A program made the translations under genes and the position numbers. This document shows, one piece after another, positions 13,428-26,072 of a stretch of 64,000 bases of DNA. The stretch comes from Paraspadella gotoi (taxonomy: Eukaryota; Animalia; Chaetognatha): NCBI GenBank assembly GCA_051294375.1, contig CM119271.1, positions 5,879,991 to 5,943,990 of the forward strand, read 5' to 3'. The stretch's first letter is position 1; every line of letters starts with the position of its first letter. The notes beneath the pieces are model-generated. The model saw only the letters and a list, made by a program, of their open reading frames with translations, ran no database searches and was not told the DNA's origin.

Positions 13428-13916
13428 TCGAGAGCTCGTTTTTATTTTTCCGCTTTTCGTCTCGGAGTTTGACGCCGCAACGTAAACGTTTTTTTGTTCG
13501 CATATTGCCCGTTTTACTCTTTCATATTGCGTGTATACGATCTTTCTTTTACATACTACCATTTTTTATTTATTTCCGCTTTATTTTTGAACGACTTGGA
13601 TAAAGAAGAAATCTTCAATTTATTGATTTGTTTTTTTGTTTTTTTTGACGGATTTATTTGCCCAGTTCAGCTCGTTAACCAAATGGCCGTCTCGGCGCGG
13701 AAATGATCTCCCTCCAACAGGATTCCCGCAAGTTTCGTTACCGACACCAATTTTCCCCTCATCGCCGACTCTGATCTCCTTCTCTCCCGCCTGAGGAAAC
13801 CCGCGCGAGAAAAAAAAAATTCTGAGGGGGGAAAGCTTTATGGAGAGAGAACAACCAAAAAAAAAAAAAAAAACAACAACAAAAAAACTGAAATAAAAAG
13901 TAAAAATCCTCACCAA

Positions 13917-16900
13917 ATGATTTTGCCGACAATGGAAACTTCCGCCTTCGAGATTCTGATGGAATCGGTGCTCAAGATGTCGTCCCTGATGGACGTGAGC
14001 GTGTTCGTGCTGGTAGAGAACCGCAACAATCAGCGGCGCTTCGGAGGAAGCAACCACCTCTGCGACATGTACTCAGGCGGCCGTCTCGAGGGCGAGGCCG
14101 ACGACGTTCGGCTGAAAGTCGACGGGCCGGCGACTGACTTGAAGTCGGTCGAATCGGGGAAGAAAGCGGAGGGAGATAATACTGAGGTAGGACGTTAGGA
14201 AGCGTGACTTTCGGGTCTTTTGACTCAAAAGTGAAGTTAGTTAATATTTTCTCAGAACTGTGTGTATTGATCCGTGATGTTTCTAGAATTGGATGACGGA
14301 CGGTTCGGATCGGATCGTTTGCACGTCGGGAAAACGAAGGGCGGAGGTCAATTCGGCGTCGGCAAAAAAGCCACGCACCGTTTCTCAGTTCATGAACGAG
14401 AGATATCCATGTACGTTTTATTCCACGTTTCTCCTTTTATTTTTCTCGTTTCGTGCCCTTTTTTTCATAAATGTCATTTTTTCATCTTGGAGTCCTTCGT
14501 CTCAGCACACTGTTTTTGTTTCCGAGAGTACTTATTTACCGATTTGCTATATATTTTATTGTATATTTTTATTTTACTTCCGTTTTCTTTTTTTTCCTTC
14601 TCTAAATATTATTCAAGACATTGTTTTTCTTTTAGCGGCCGACGCGGAGAACACTGAACCTCCAGACGACAACGATCAAAATTTCCAAAATCAGGAAGTC
14701 TTTGCCGAAATCAGCGGATATTACGACGAGGAGCAGGAGGTCGGATTCGGTCGTCAAAACTACCAAGAGGTGAGAGAGAAAAAGAGATGAATCATGAAGA
14801 GAGGGTTGTTAAACCTGAAGCATTGTTCTCTCTCTTTCGTCAGTCCAACGAGGAAGAATGGAACGAAAACGTTGAAACGCCGAGTACAAGACGAACTTCC
14901 AGACGGACAAGAAAATTGCGATCTACCGACTTTTCCGACGACTATTTCCCAGCTCCCGTGAGTCAGAATTTTTGGCAGTCTAATCTTTGTTTTGGTTCTT
15001 TTTTTAGTTTTACGTTTTGAAACAATATTTTTTTTAGGTAACACCGAAACAAGGTAAACAGAAGTTCAAGAAGAAAAGTCTGGATCAGCCGCTAGAACAA
15101 TACGATTGCAACGAAACCATCACCGTTGAAATGAAAGACGTTCAACCTTGGGGTGAGCTTTTCATTTTTACCTAGTGTGTCGGATGAAATCAAGAGTTTG
15201 TATTTAAACTGTACTACTTCATCCCCAAGCTATAGAATCGAACGGTGCGGGCGTGTTGGTGCCGTCAACTGCAAAGCCTGCCCCCAACATGCCCTACATG
15301 TGTGCCAGCGAAGAGTGTGCCACTAAGGCGAACACGTACTACAAGAGTAAAGACCTCAAAGACCACATCGTAACCCATCATGGAAAAGACATGTTCTTTG
15401 ATTGCGATTCTTGTCATACGCAAAGTCTTAGATTTAAGGTATATATTATTTCATTCCTTCTTTCATTCTCTTATCTGCTTTTTCGCTCGTTTGCCTTTTT
15501 TTTTCTTCCTTCCTATTATTCCACCAATTTCTTATTCTTTTCTCTTCTATTCAGGACATGAAGAAACACTTAAAAGAGTCCCATGGCATCACTCAAACCT
15601 TTATCTGCTTCATTTGTTATCGCGGTTTCATCGCTGGCACCCTGTATCACAAACACTGGGATGAGTACCACGACCGTAGCTGTAGGTATTGCTACATAAC
15701 CCTGCCCACCCTCGACGAGCTGAAGGATCATCTTGTCATCGTTCATCAAAAGGTTTACGATCAGGTTAGACGTAGTATTCGCTGGTTTGAATTGTGGCTT
15801 AGCCTTAGTTACATATTTAAATTACGACCGAGTATTTTTACATTAAAATTCTTCATGAGATCGTCTGTAGCGCTCAATGTATAACTAAAGCTGTTGTTTA
15901 AACCTCTCTTTGCCATGAAAGCAGGGGAATCCCGAGATTAATCCCAGGATGCATGCACGTAACCCGAAATTACTGCTTCGTTTTATTCAATACAAGTACT
16001 TGGTACTTGGTGCAACTGTATTGTACAGAAAAAGCGTTATTTTTTCAGTAACGGGATACCCGGAAAATGCAATCAGATGATCAAAAATTTAATTCGACGT
16101 AATTTTAAGCATTTTAGTACATTCTTGGAAGCGGGGCGAGGTATCATTAAAAGCTTTTTGTGTATATGATTCATACTTCTGTAGTCATTTGATCATTATT
16201 TATTACGTTGACGTACTAAACTTTAAATAAAAGTGGTGCAACAAATTGAAGTTTAATCTTAAAAAATAAAAAAATAATCTTATAGCAAAAATCGAAATCC
16301 GGCGGCGCCGGAAGTGCAAAGAACGCGCCATACCTGTGCAAATTGGAAGAGTGCGGCCTCACTTTCCACCAACAGCAGCAACTTTACGGCCATATTAGGA
16401 ACAACCACGGAAAGAACATCCGTTTCTACTGTAGCATCTGTCAAGAGGCGCAATTGGGACTGACTTTCACCGAGATCCGTTCTCACTTGATTGCCGATCA
16501 CGGTGCCAAGGTACGGTTCTAATAGAAAAGTGAACTGACTGCCTCTGAGTATCTCTACTATAATCCAAGTACTTTTTTGTTGTTTTTCCCCGTTGGTTTT
16601 GATTTTGATGATATTTTTATTTTGTTCAAAATCTGATTAACGACACTTCAACTCGTCTTCAGGTTAGTTTCTTATGCTATGTGGACGGATGCTTTCGCGC
16701 GTTCAAGGACAAAGAGCTTTACTTGGAGCATAAAAAGCTAGAACACGCTCATGAGTGCCGTTACTGCTTGTCCTGCTTTCCCTCCGACGATGATCTCCAA
16801 AATCACACCAAGGTTCGTTTCTCGATCTTTTGTCGTTTTCAAATTTGAAAGAACCCCCGACACGACTGGGGGGGGGGAGAGAATCCTGAAGTTTCTTTAT

Positions 16901-17294
16901 CCACTTTTCGTCTTGATATTAATTAACCTCAATAAAATAAAGCATATGGATATTCAAACAGTCAATAATTGCTATCTAATCATCAAATATTAATCAAATA
17001 GCAATAATTAATCGAATAAGCAAATCCACAAATATTCCTCGAAGTATCCACGTTGAAAACGTTTATTTCACATTGATGAGAGACAAATGATGAGACGGAA
17101 GTCGATTTCTCTCTTTACCGATGTAAAAGAGCATCTGCCTTACACATAGTCGTCTGGACTTACAAATTTAATATCTTCCACAGCATATCCATTCCATCCT
17201 CGACGAGGGTGGACTGACTTGTCGAAAATGCGGGATGCTCTGCGTAGACAACTATAAACTGAAGGTTCATCAACAGAGATGTTGGCATCGTTAA
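13917..17294 (+). CDS. C2H2 zinc-finger protein C, multi-exon: shared N-terminal domain and ~9 fingers
   Basis: Exon 1 carries the shared domain. Finger exons lie at ~15230-15438, 15555-15764, 16286-16510, 16663-16812 and 17184-17294 (CASEEC, CDSC, CFIC, CRYC, CKLEEC, CSIC, CYVDGC, CRYC, CRKC). Confidence 0.8.
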
Positions 17295-18168
17295 AACGCG
17301 GCTTCGGCGATGACGACTACGGGAATGATAAACTAGGAATCTCTTCCTGTTCCTTGGAACAGGCGATGTGAAAAAAAAAATTAGTTTCTCTTTAGTTTAT
17401 TGTTAAGAATTTAAAAAATCAACAAGAAACTTTTCTCATCAACATTTTTTAACTGTCTATACAGCTACTATTTAATTATTTTTATAAAAGAATCTGAATC
17501 GTCCTTTTTTTTTTTATCGTCGCAATCGCTAAGCGTTTGCGACGATATTGTAACGCTTTTGCGCATAAGTGGCGTCGGCGTCGTCGTTGTTGCAAAATGT
17601 AATTTTTCTTTCTGTTTATAATCTAATTTTCTTTTCTCAAATTTTCTTTTTTTTAGTATCAAAATTTGTCATCAATCAAGATATTTCTTATGCGATTGCG
17701 ACGATCCTTATGCTTTTAAGATTTTTTTTTTTGGCGTACGTAAAACACCCGAAAACTTGTAACTACTGGCCAGAGGGTTTTTTACCTACGTTTATGGAAA
17801 AGTTCACTTTTCTCGCCCTATGATTACAATGTTCTATATTATTCCCTTCATTTGACTTAATGTTGTATAAATTCTCTAGGCCTAATAAAATTTTATTATC
17901 AGGAAATTTATATTTATCTTTATTTTAATTTGGCGTATGAATTACTTTGAATTAAAATGGTTCCTAGACTTTGAAAAAATACATATAACATTTACAAATG
18001 ATGTTGCCATTCATTCTTTAGGTTTTAGACGTGTTAGATATGTAGACTATTTTGGACGCCCTTGTATATTAGTTTATTACTTTATTTGAATTTTATAGCG
18101 ATGTGCTCAAGGTTAAAAGCTTCGTTGAACTGACAGCTTGTTTCTGCCCATCCTGAATTCAAAACGTT

Positions 18169-21100
18169 ATGTTTCCCGCTTACGCCAATGCAGCAACCTC
18201 TTCCCCTAATGCCGCAAACTCTTCCCCTAATGCCGCAACCTCTTCCCCTAATGCAGCAACCTCTTCCCCTAATGCCGCAAATTTTCCTCCCAATGGCACC
18301 CCTGACTCTCCTTCAAAGACTCTGTCGACCGACGATGCTTCAGATTGGTTGAGAAACTCTAGCTTCGTTCCGCAATTGGGAAAAGTGATTTTCGATGCCA
18401 ATAGTGACGAATCAAGGACCGAAACCGATTCGAGCGACGGTCGGGCGAAGGCAAAGAAGAAGAAAAAGAAAAAGGAGAAAAAGAAAGAGAAACGACGCGC
18501 GCATCGAGAGTACAAGGAATATCAAGCTCGTCACCGTTGCGACCGGGGACACGGCCAAGATGAGAAGCAGTCAGAACCAAAATTAAATTTACCAAAAGGT
18601 TAATACAGTTGACCGTAAACGTCATCGTTGTTGTCGGCGTTCAAAATTATAGATCGCCTTATCATAAAAGTGTGCAATTGTATGAAACTAAATATTTTAT
18701 TTTAATATAGCTTTTTATCATCAAGGTCCTTTAAAATTGATAAGGTTATATTTCAAATGTTTGATCTAATTTTAATTTCCATCACATTATGATTAACTTA
18801 AATATATTTCTTTTCGTTTCGTTGCGTTTTGAAATTTGTTTGCAAAGTAAAGAGATTTTATTGAGATACAATAAATAATAATCCTTGTTATAACTCAATA
18901 AAATGTCTTGATTTTGCAATGAAAAACAATTTTATTTTATTTTTTCAGTCGTTGCCTCTTCTGATTCGTACAAAAACGAGTGAAGCTCTGCTCTGTTACG
19001 TCTCTTTCTCTTTTTTAATTTGTTATCATTTTACCATCTTTTACCTCTTTTTTTCTATCTCTTTATCTCTCACACATTTATGAATTCAATTTTTTTAAAA
19101 TTAAATTAAGTAAATTCGTTCAATTTAATTAATTCAGTTCATACTTTTAAATGTATTCATCTCAATTTAAACTTCCCCCGATATCCCACCTCCTCAGTTT
19201 CCGTCGGTTCCGTCTTCATCGAGGACGTGTTTGGTCTGTCTTCCGACGACGCGTTCCGCATTGATCGCCGCGGGGACGTTTATAACGTTGCCTATCAGTC
19301 CCTCTATGCGGGTCACGTGGCCGCCTTCAAGCGCCTCGTCGCTTTCGCCCTCGGCCCCGGCGCTATGGCAGTTGGCAAAAAGGCTCTGCGCGCTAAACGT
19401 CCCCAGGACAGATACTTTAATAAGGGGAACCGAGAGATGCTTGCCCGCCCTGCGGAGAAAATATTGGAGCTGTCTGCGGCTAACAATGACTTGGCGTTGG
19501 ACGTATCTGCTGTCCCCCTTCCGCCGGACAAGGAGACGACGCCCGGGCCCCCAGTGACATCCGCGGTGGGTGAGCTCGAGACTCTGGGCGTTCACGACGA
19601 GATGACCTTGAATTACGTCTGCGCCAGATCCCCCGTTGTCGTCAAGGAGGAGAAGAAATCCGAAATGACGCCTCAGGATTTAGTGCGGCTCAACATACGC
19701 CGATTTAACGAAGATCTGCTTGCTACTCCCCAAAACGAGGAGCTGTGGAAACGTTTCGTCAGCTATCAGGACGAGGCCGTGCCCCTTCTGGTTTCGGGCA
19801 TGACGGGCAAGTCCAAATCTGTCTCAAAAGAAATCGTCGAGAAGAAGCAAGCCATTCTGGAGAAGGCCCTTCTCAAGAATCCCGGCAGCTTGCAACTCCA
19901 TCTGCTTCAGTTCGACCTTCAGCGCGGGCTTTGGGACGAGCAGCGATGGCGTCACGGTTGGAAGCGTGTGCTTTTTAACCACCCTAACGACGTGGACCTC
20001 CACCTAAAGTACTTGACGAACTTTAAGTCGACGGTGGGCACATTCGATTTTCACGAACTGCTGAAAGAATTCGTCTCGTCACTAGCGTCTTTACGGGCCG
20101 CTAGGGACGGACGGAATGTCACCAAATCGACAAGTCTCTTTTTATTGCGTTTGGAAGATGGGATGCTGCTCTTCGTGCTTCATTTCGTCCACGTTATAGA
20201 ACAGGCTGGTTACCACGAGCGTGCCTTGGCCTGTTTTCAGGCGCTCATTGAGTTTAACCTGTTCCGCCCGGACCGTTACAAGTCGACTTCGTCCCGTTTG
20301 GAGCACGAGGATTTTGTGGCGGTCATGGAGGGATTTTGGGACAGCGGGGTCCCGAGATTCGGGGAGACGAACGCCGTAGGGTGGAATACGTTCGTAGACG
20401 CCTCGGATTCGGACGAGATTCCTCGCTGGACGGATGAAATGGGTAATACAATTATTGTAATTAATACAATTAAAATAGTAGTGAAAAGTGTCATCAAAAT
20501 TTGTGAAAGATTACGTATAAAATTGTTTTATTTCTTAATCTCAGCTTAGACTTAGAGGAAGACAAATCCGAATAAAAAAAAAACAGTGGCTGCGTAAATG
20601 CATGAGTATCACTTGCAAGGATTTTAAATAAATTATAATAAAAAAATTTTTTATACAAAAATTATATAATATTCCCGGATTTAATATTAAAAAGAATATT
20701 TTTTAAAATAATTAAAACATTCTTTAAAATATTATATGACTTTATTGATAAGGAAGCCACATAATTTGGGAGTTAATGCGATTATGAAAGTTTTGATTAA
20801 AAGTTTATTAGGATTAGTTATGTTATTATTTTGTAAGAGTGATAAAAGCTTTAATCTACTAAAGCTTATTCAAATTCAGGGTAAATGAATATATAATTTT
20901 TATATTAATTATATAAATTATATATATAATTAAAAACTAATAGATTTATAATATAAAGTTAAATAAAAAAGTTAAAGAGGATTAAAACTTAAAAAAAAAT
21001 ATAGTAAAAAAAAGATTTTTACAAAAAACCTAACCCAAGATAAGGTGGTCGAATTATAAACAGTGTCAGTATTATCAATTTTGTTAAAGCTCTTATAAAA

Positions 21101-23640
21101 AATTATAAAAAAAGTTAATAAAAAAAATATAAAAAATGACCGGCTATATACTAATATTTCATCGCTTACGCGATTACAATGATTATTGTTTAAATTATAT
21201 TTTTTTATTAGCGACTAGTGAGCAAGACATGTTCTTCTTTGTTTTACTCATATATTAAATTACCTAACTCAGATTTTTTTGTGAATAATAATTTACGTAT
21301 TTAAAATATAGGTTTAGCTGAGCAAGAGCTGAGCGACAATGAGGTTGAAATCGTTAATCAATATGGTGATGTTCCGATGTCTAAACGATGGTGGAGGATG
21401 GAAGACTTCCGCTCACAGAATCACGTCGTTCCTTATCGCCCTAACGCCGGTGAGTCGCAACCTCGACACTCAAAATGGCGATTCGTATCATTTAGTTCCA
21501 AAATACTTTCTTCTTTTCAGCCAAGGGAGAAACTGAAGACGACGTCGAGGACCCGGATCGGCTCGTTCTTTTCGACGACGTCAAGGGCGCTCTTTTTTCC
21601 GTTCACGACGACGATTCCCGTCTGCATCTCATAGTCCACCAAGTCACGATGTTAGGGTTACCCGCGGCCCGTCACCTCCTTCGCCTCTCCTCGGCCTCCC
21701 ACCATCACCGACACTACCTTTCCTACCTCGTCTCTTCTTTTGACCAGATTGACTTGGGCGGATTCGTCGAGCCCGCCGCCGCCCGAGGTAAATGGCGACG
21801 CCCGTCTCCTTCGCCCGACACGATGAAACCATCCGGCGAAATTCGCCGAAAGTTGATCCGCGATGCGTTGGAGTCGGGTATGGCCGTCACCGAAGGAGAG
21901 GATAGGGCGCGGTTGGCGGCGTTGCTTATTCGAACGTTCGTGTCCGAATTCGAACGGTCGAGGGAAGGGTGCAACGTCAAGGAACTGAAGGTCCGTTTGT
22001 TTCGATTGTTTGTTGATTCTATATACAAAATATTGGGAAATACATATAGTACAATTGTTAAACAATATTCTCAAAAATATCGTAGCGAAAAATGAATATT
22101 CATCTCATACAGGCTTTGAAGAAGGCTGTGAAAAGTAGCTCTCAATCGGTGCTTACGGATTCTGACTTTCGCTCTTCACCGACTGGTCTCTTGGTCTGGA
22201 TTCAGTACGCGGTCGTTGAGTGGGAGCTCGGAAATCTGGACGACAGCAGGAAAGGTTTGAACGAGTTCAGTAGATATGTCATATTAGGTTTTCCAGGAGG
22301 TGAAATTTTTGTGTTCAACAAGTGCAATTGGTTCAAGGCCTTAAAACTACCTTAGAGAGCATTTGCAGTATTATTAAATTAAATGTTCGATTATCAAACC
22401 ATTCTTAGTTTTCGACGCGGCAATTGATATGTTCGCCGTCTCTCCTCTCAAGAATTCGTCCGACCACGACCTGACCCTCCCCCAGGCTGCGGCTCGCCTC
22501 GCCCTCTTCCGTGTCCGCGCTGAACTAGAGGCAGGACTTTATTTCGTCGACGACCAAGTCGTTGACTTCAAGCGAACCGACGCCGTTACTGATCTAACCC
22601 CCGCAATGACCGTCATCCTGCGCGCTTGTGGCTTGAAGAGCGGCAACCCGGCAGACATTCTAATCGCCAAGAAGACCGTGTCCGATTGTCTCCAGAGAGT
22701 TTTGACTCGCTCAGAAGAGAGGATCACGAAGAAAACTTGTTCCTGCATGTTCCGTTGCAACTGCCGCCTTTCCGGCGACACCGTGTCGTTGCTTCGCGCT
22801 GATACAGATCTCCTTTACGAACTCGTTGTTATTTCTGCTCTACTCGAAGCCGCCTCTTCCAACAACAACGTGGCCACAGAATCTATAGACAAGACATCCA
22901 TCGAGTTACGTCGTTTCTTTACTTTACCGCTGGGACGGGAGGAAGGGCTGGATCCCCTTCAGACGGAACCCCTGCTGCTTTACGAGAAGATTGTTTGTTT
23001 CTCATTAAAATTATCGGCCTGGCATCAAAGACGCACGCCGAATCACAGCTTAAAAGCCTTTGGTGATCGACTGTGGAATTCTGTCAGCCAATTTCCCGAC
23101 AACGCTTTTCTCTGTCGGCTCTTTGTCGCCTTTGCCACGGTCGACGGGTTTCGGCTTCACCGTCGCCTCGACTCCCTCGTCAAGTGGGCCTCGTCGCCGA
23201 TGCTTCTCTTCGCCGCATTCGACCGATTCCACGAGCGATTTCGAGAACAACGAACTGGCACATGGCTGCTCAACCTGACAAATAAGGGCGTCGAAAAATG
23301 GCCGCACAGTGTTCTTTTGCGACGGCAGTTGTTCGCCCTGCATCTTGCGGTGGGAGAAGGGCGCGGGCAAGGCAGCGGCGAAGAATTAGACGAAAGAGAT
23401 CCCGTCGTTTATCTGCAACACGAGATTCCTCCAGGAGCGGCTCGGGCCTTTTATGAAAGCCTAAGGTTCTGTCCTTGGGCTAAACATCTATACTTGGACA
23501 AATTGTGCCACGACCCCAAGCAGTGGAAGCAAGTGTTGAACATGTTGACGGTGAAAAATCTACGAGTTAGATTACCGATTGAAGAGTTTCGGATGTTGTT
23601 GAATGTCAACCACGGATTGGATTCCCCTAGTTCGGAATGA
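18169..23640 (+). CDS. NRDE2: NRDE-2 nuclear exosome/RNAi regulator (multi-exon)
   Basis: N-terminal MFPAYA and DWLRNSSF, a K-rich stretch, FRIDRRGDVYNVAY, PQNEELWKRFVSYQD, QAGYHERALACFQALIEFN, FWDSGVPRFGE, EDPDRLVLFDDV, CPWAKHLYLD and KNLRVRLPIEEF are NRDE2 motifs. Confidence 0.92.
18187..18291 (+). repeat. 21-bp coding minisatellite (~5 units, NAA[T/N]SSP) in NRDE2 exon 1
   Basis: aatgc(a/c)gcaa(c/a)ctcttcccct is repeated in tandem; the last unit is degenerate. Confidence 0.9.
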
Positions 23641-23766
23641 CTCTTCAGAATTTTTTACTTGTCTTTTCTTGTTATTTACATTTAATATAGTTTTATTTTT
23701 AGCTTTAGAAAAATAACCGAATACGACATTACTCGTGTGTTTTTGAAAGATCATGATATCTGAGTG

Positions 23767-26009
23767 ATGTCGAATCAACTAAGGAAACGTAACACGAACG
23801 AGGGTGGTGCCATGTCAAAGCCGCTGGCAAGAGTCTCTAGAGAGGGCGAAGCCATCGTTTCCGGATCGGCTTCTGGCCGGAATTATGATCCCTTGTTCAA
23901 AACTAAATCAGAAGCTGTCGACGACGACGACGGCGACGGCGGGGAACGAAGTTCTACTTTGACGCCGGTTTCGTTGTGGTCTTTCGTCGCCGGAGAGGTA
24001 AAGAGAGGATACGCGATGGAAAACGAGGAAGAGAAGTTTCGCCACAGGAGGGAGCAGGTAAGGATGCATTTGTTATTATTTCCCCTGGGCTCAAAAGGAA
24101 AATTGCTTTTTATTAGCCTACATTTATTTTCAGGTCTACACTTTCATCCGCATTCCCAAAGAGGTCGAAAAGTTCATGTTGTATGGGTTGCTGCAGTTGA
24201 CGGACGCATTCCTGTACGTTTTCACTTTCCTACCAATGAGGATGCTGCTGGCGCTTTTAAAACTTTTGCCCATCGCCGCGTCCCAAAGTTCTTCCGGTCG
24301 CAGATTTTCGCAGGTATATCAACGAAAATGGCTGTATTATTTTCTTGTATTATTTTCTTTTTACGAAAGTCTTTTTCTAATTTTAGAGAAAAATGTTTCC
24401 TGGCTTTTCAAACGCATCGCTAAAGCGTTCGGCGAGGCGATTGGCGCCGGCGCAAATTTGTGATCTTTTGAAGGTACATTAAGTTTTTACCTCAACCTTT
24501 TGCCAACGTGTTCTGATTTTTGTCTCTTCTTCATAGGGTACTATGATAATTATTTGCGGCGTTTGCCTGCATTATGTCGACACGTCGAGGATGTACCACA
24601 TTGTTCGGGGCCAAGCAGTCATTAAGCTTTATATCTTTTTTAACATGCTCGATGTCGGGGACCGACTTTTGGCCTCATTTGGGCAGGTAATAAGTCTTGG
24701 GAAATTAGTAAATCTTCTCAACCACAGTTTCCCTTACTTTTTAGCGTTTTTGATTGTTAGGACATTTTGGATGCTTTGTTTTGGACGGCGACGGAACCGC
24801 GGGGTCGAAAACGGGATCATTTGGGTAAGAAAATGTGTAAATTATCATAAATTAGCCGAGTAGGTAAGTATATTCATGGTAAATTCATAGTCAATTTTTT
24901 TTTTTGCACTTACAGCGCTTGCTTTTTTCAGAAAACCTCACTTTTTTAATCGTGAGTTCGTGTCTGTTTGTTTGGGCCTAGTCAGTTTACCAATTATATT
25001 TTAACTGTTTGATTAGAACTATTCTTTAGTTTGTGTACAGACTGATGGACTTTCCTTGGCTTTGTTAGTCTTTATTATCTGTTTGCCTCGAAATGTTTGC
25101 TTTTGCGGGTAAATAGAATGGATTCTGGCGACTCGAGTTGACCTCGGTCTTCAAGATAACCTCAGTCACAAAGAAGGATCGTGTTTTTGATTAGTGGCTT
25201 ATTTTTATTTTAACTTTCTCATAGGAACCCTCCCCCACCTCGGTCTCGCGATTCTTTACGTTTTCCTCCACGCTATGCTGATGCTTTTTCAAGCAACCAC
25301 TCTCAATGTCGCCTTCAACTCCCACAACAAAGCCTTGCTCACGATTATGATGTCTAACAACTTTGTGGAACTCAAAGGCAGCGTTTTCAAAAAGTTTGAA
25401 AAGAACAATCTGTTTCAGGTGTTAGTACCTTTCGGCCTCTAAAATATCAATGGACGTCCAAGTTAAATAACAAATCAATTAATGCAGATGTCCTGCTCGG
25501 ATGTGCGAGAGAGATTTCATCTATGCGTTTTGCTGTTGATCGTCATAACTCGAAATATGACCGAATTCGACTGGAACTGGGACCATCTCTGGGTTATTCT
25601 ACCTGGTGTGTCGTTGTTTTGTCCGATAAACGTTTAACAATATGCAATTTTATGCATAATTGCATAACTATACAAAAGGCCTCATTAGAAAATCAAAATG
25701 CGCTTTCGATTTTTCTTGCCCAGAATCGGTTCCAACTTTGATTTTTTTCATGTGGCCCATATTATGGGGGCGAATTTCGATATTCCACCCCCTTGGGCCC
25801 CCTGTACGGCTAAAAAGGGAAAAAAATAATTTTTTTTAGGAAGTTAAATTGATCTGCTGGTTAAGATGCAATTGTCTTTATTATGAGATATGAGAATTTT
25901 TTTAACCAATTTTTATAATTTTTAGTTATTTGAAATTAAAGACAGTCTTGATACATCAACGATTTTATTTTTTATTGTTCAGACAAGTAAGAAAAATTAC
26001 CAAATGTTA

Positions 26010-26072
<63 letters not shown>

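Noticed and set aside
20560-21310. Extremely AT-rich NRDE2 intron superficially like a mitochondrial rRNA NUMT
   Set aside because: Only short, weak word matches (taggattag, atcacttg); no intact conserved 12S/16S blocks in order.
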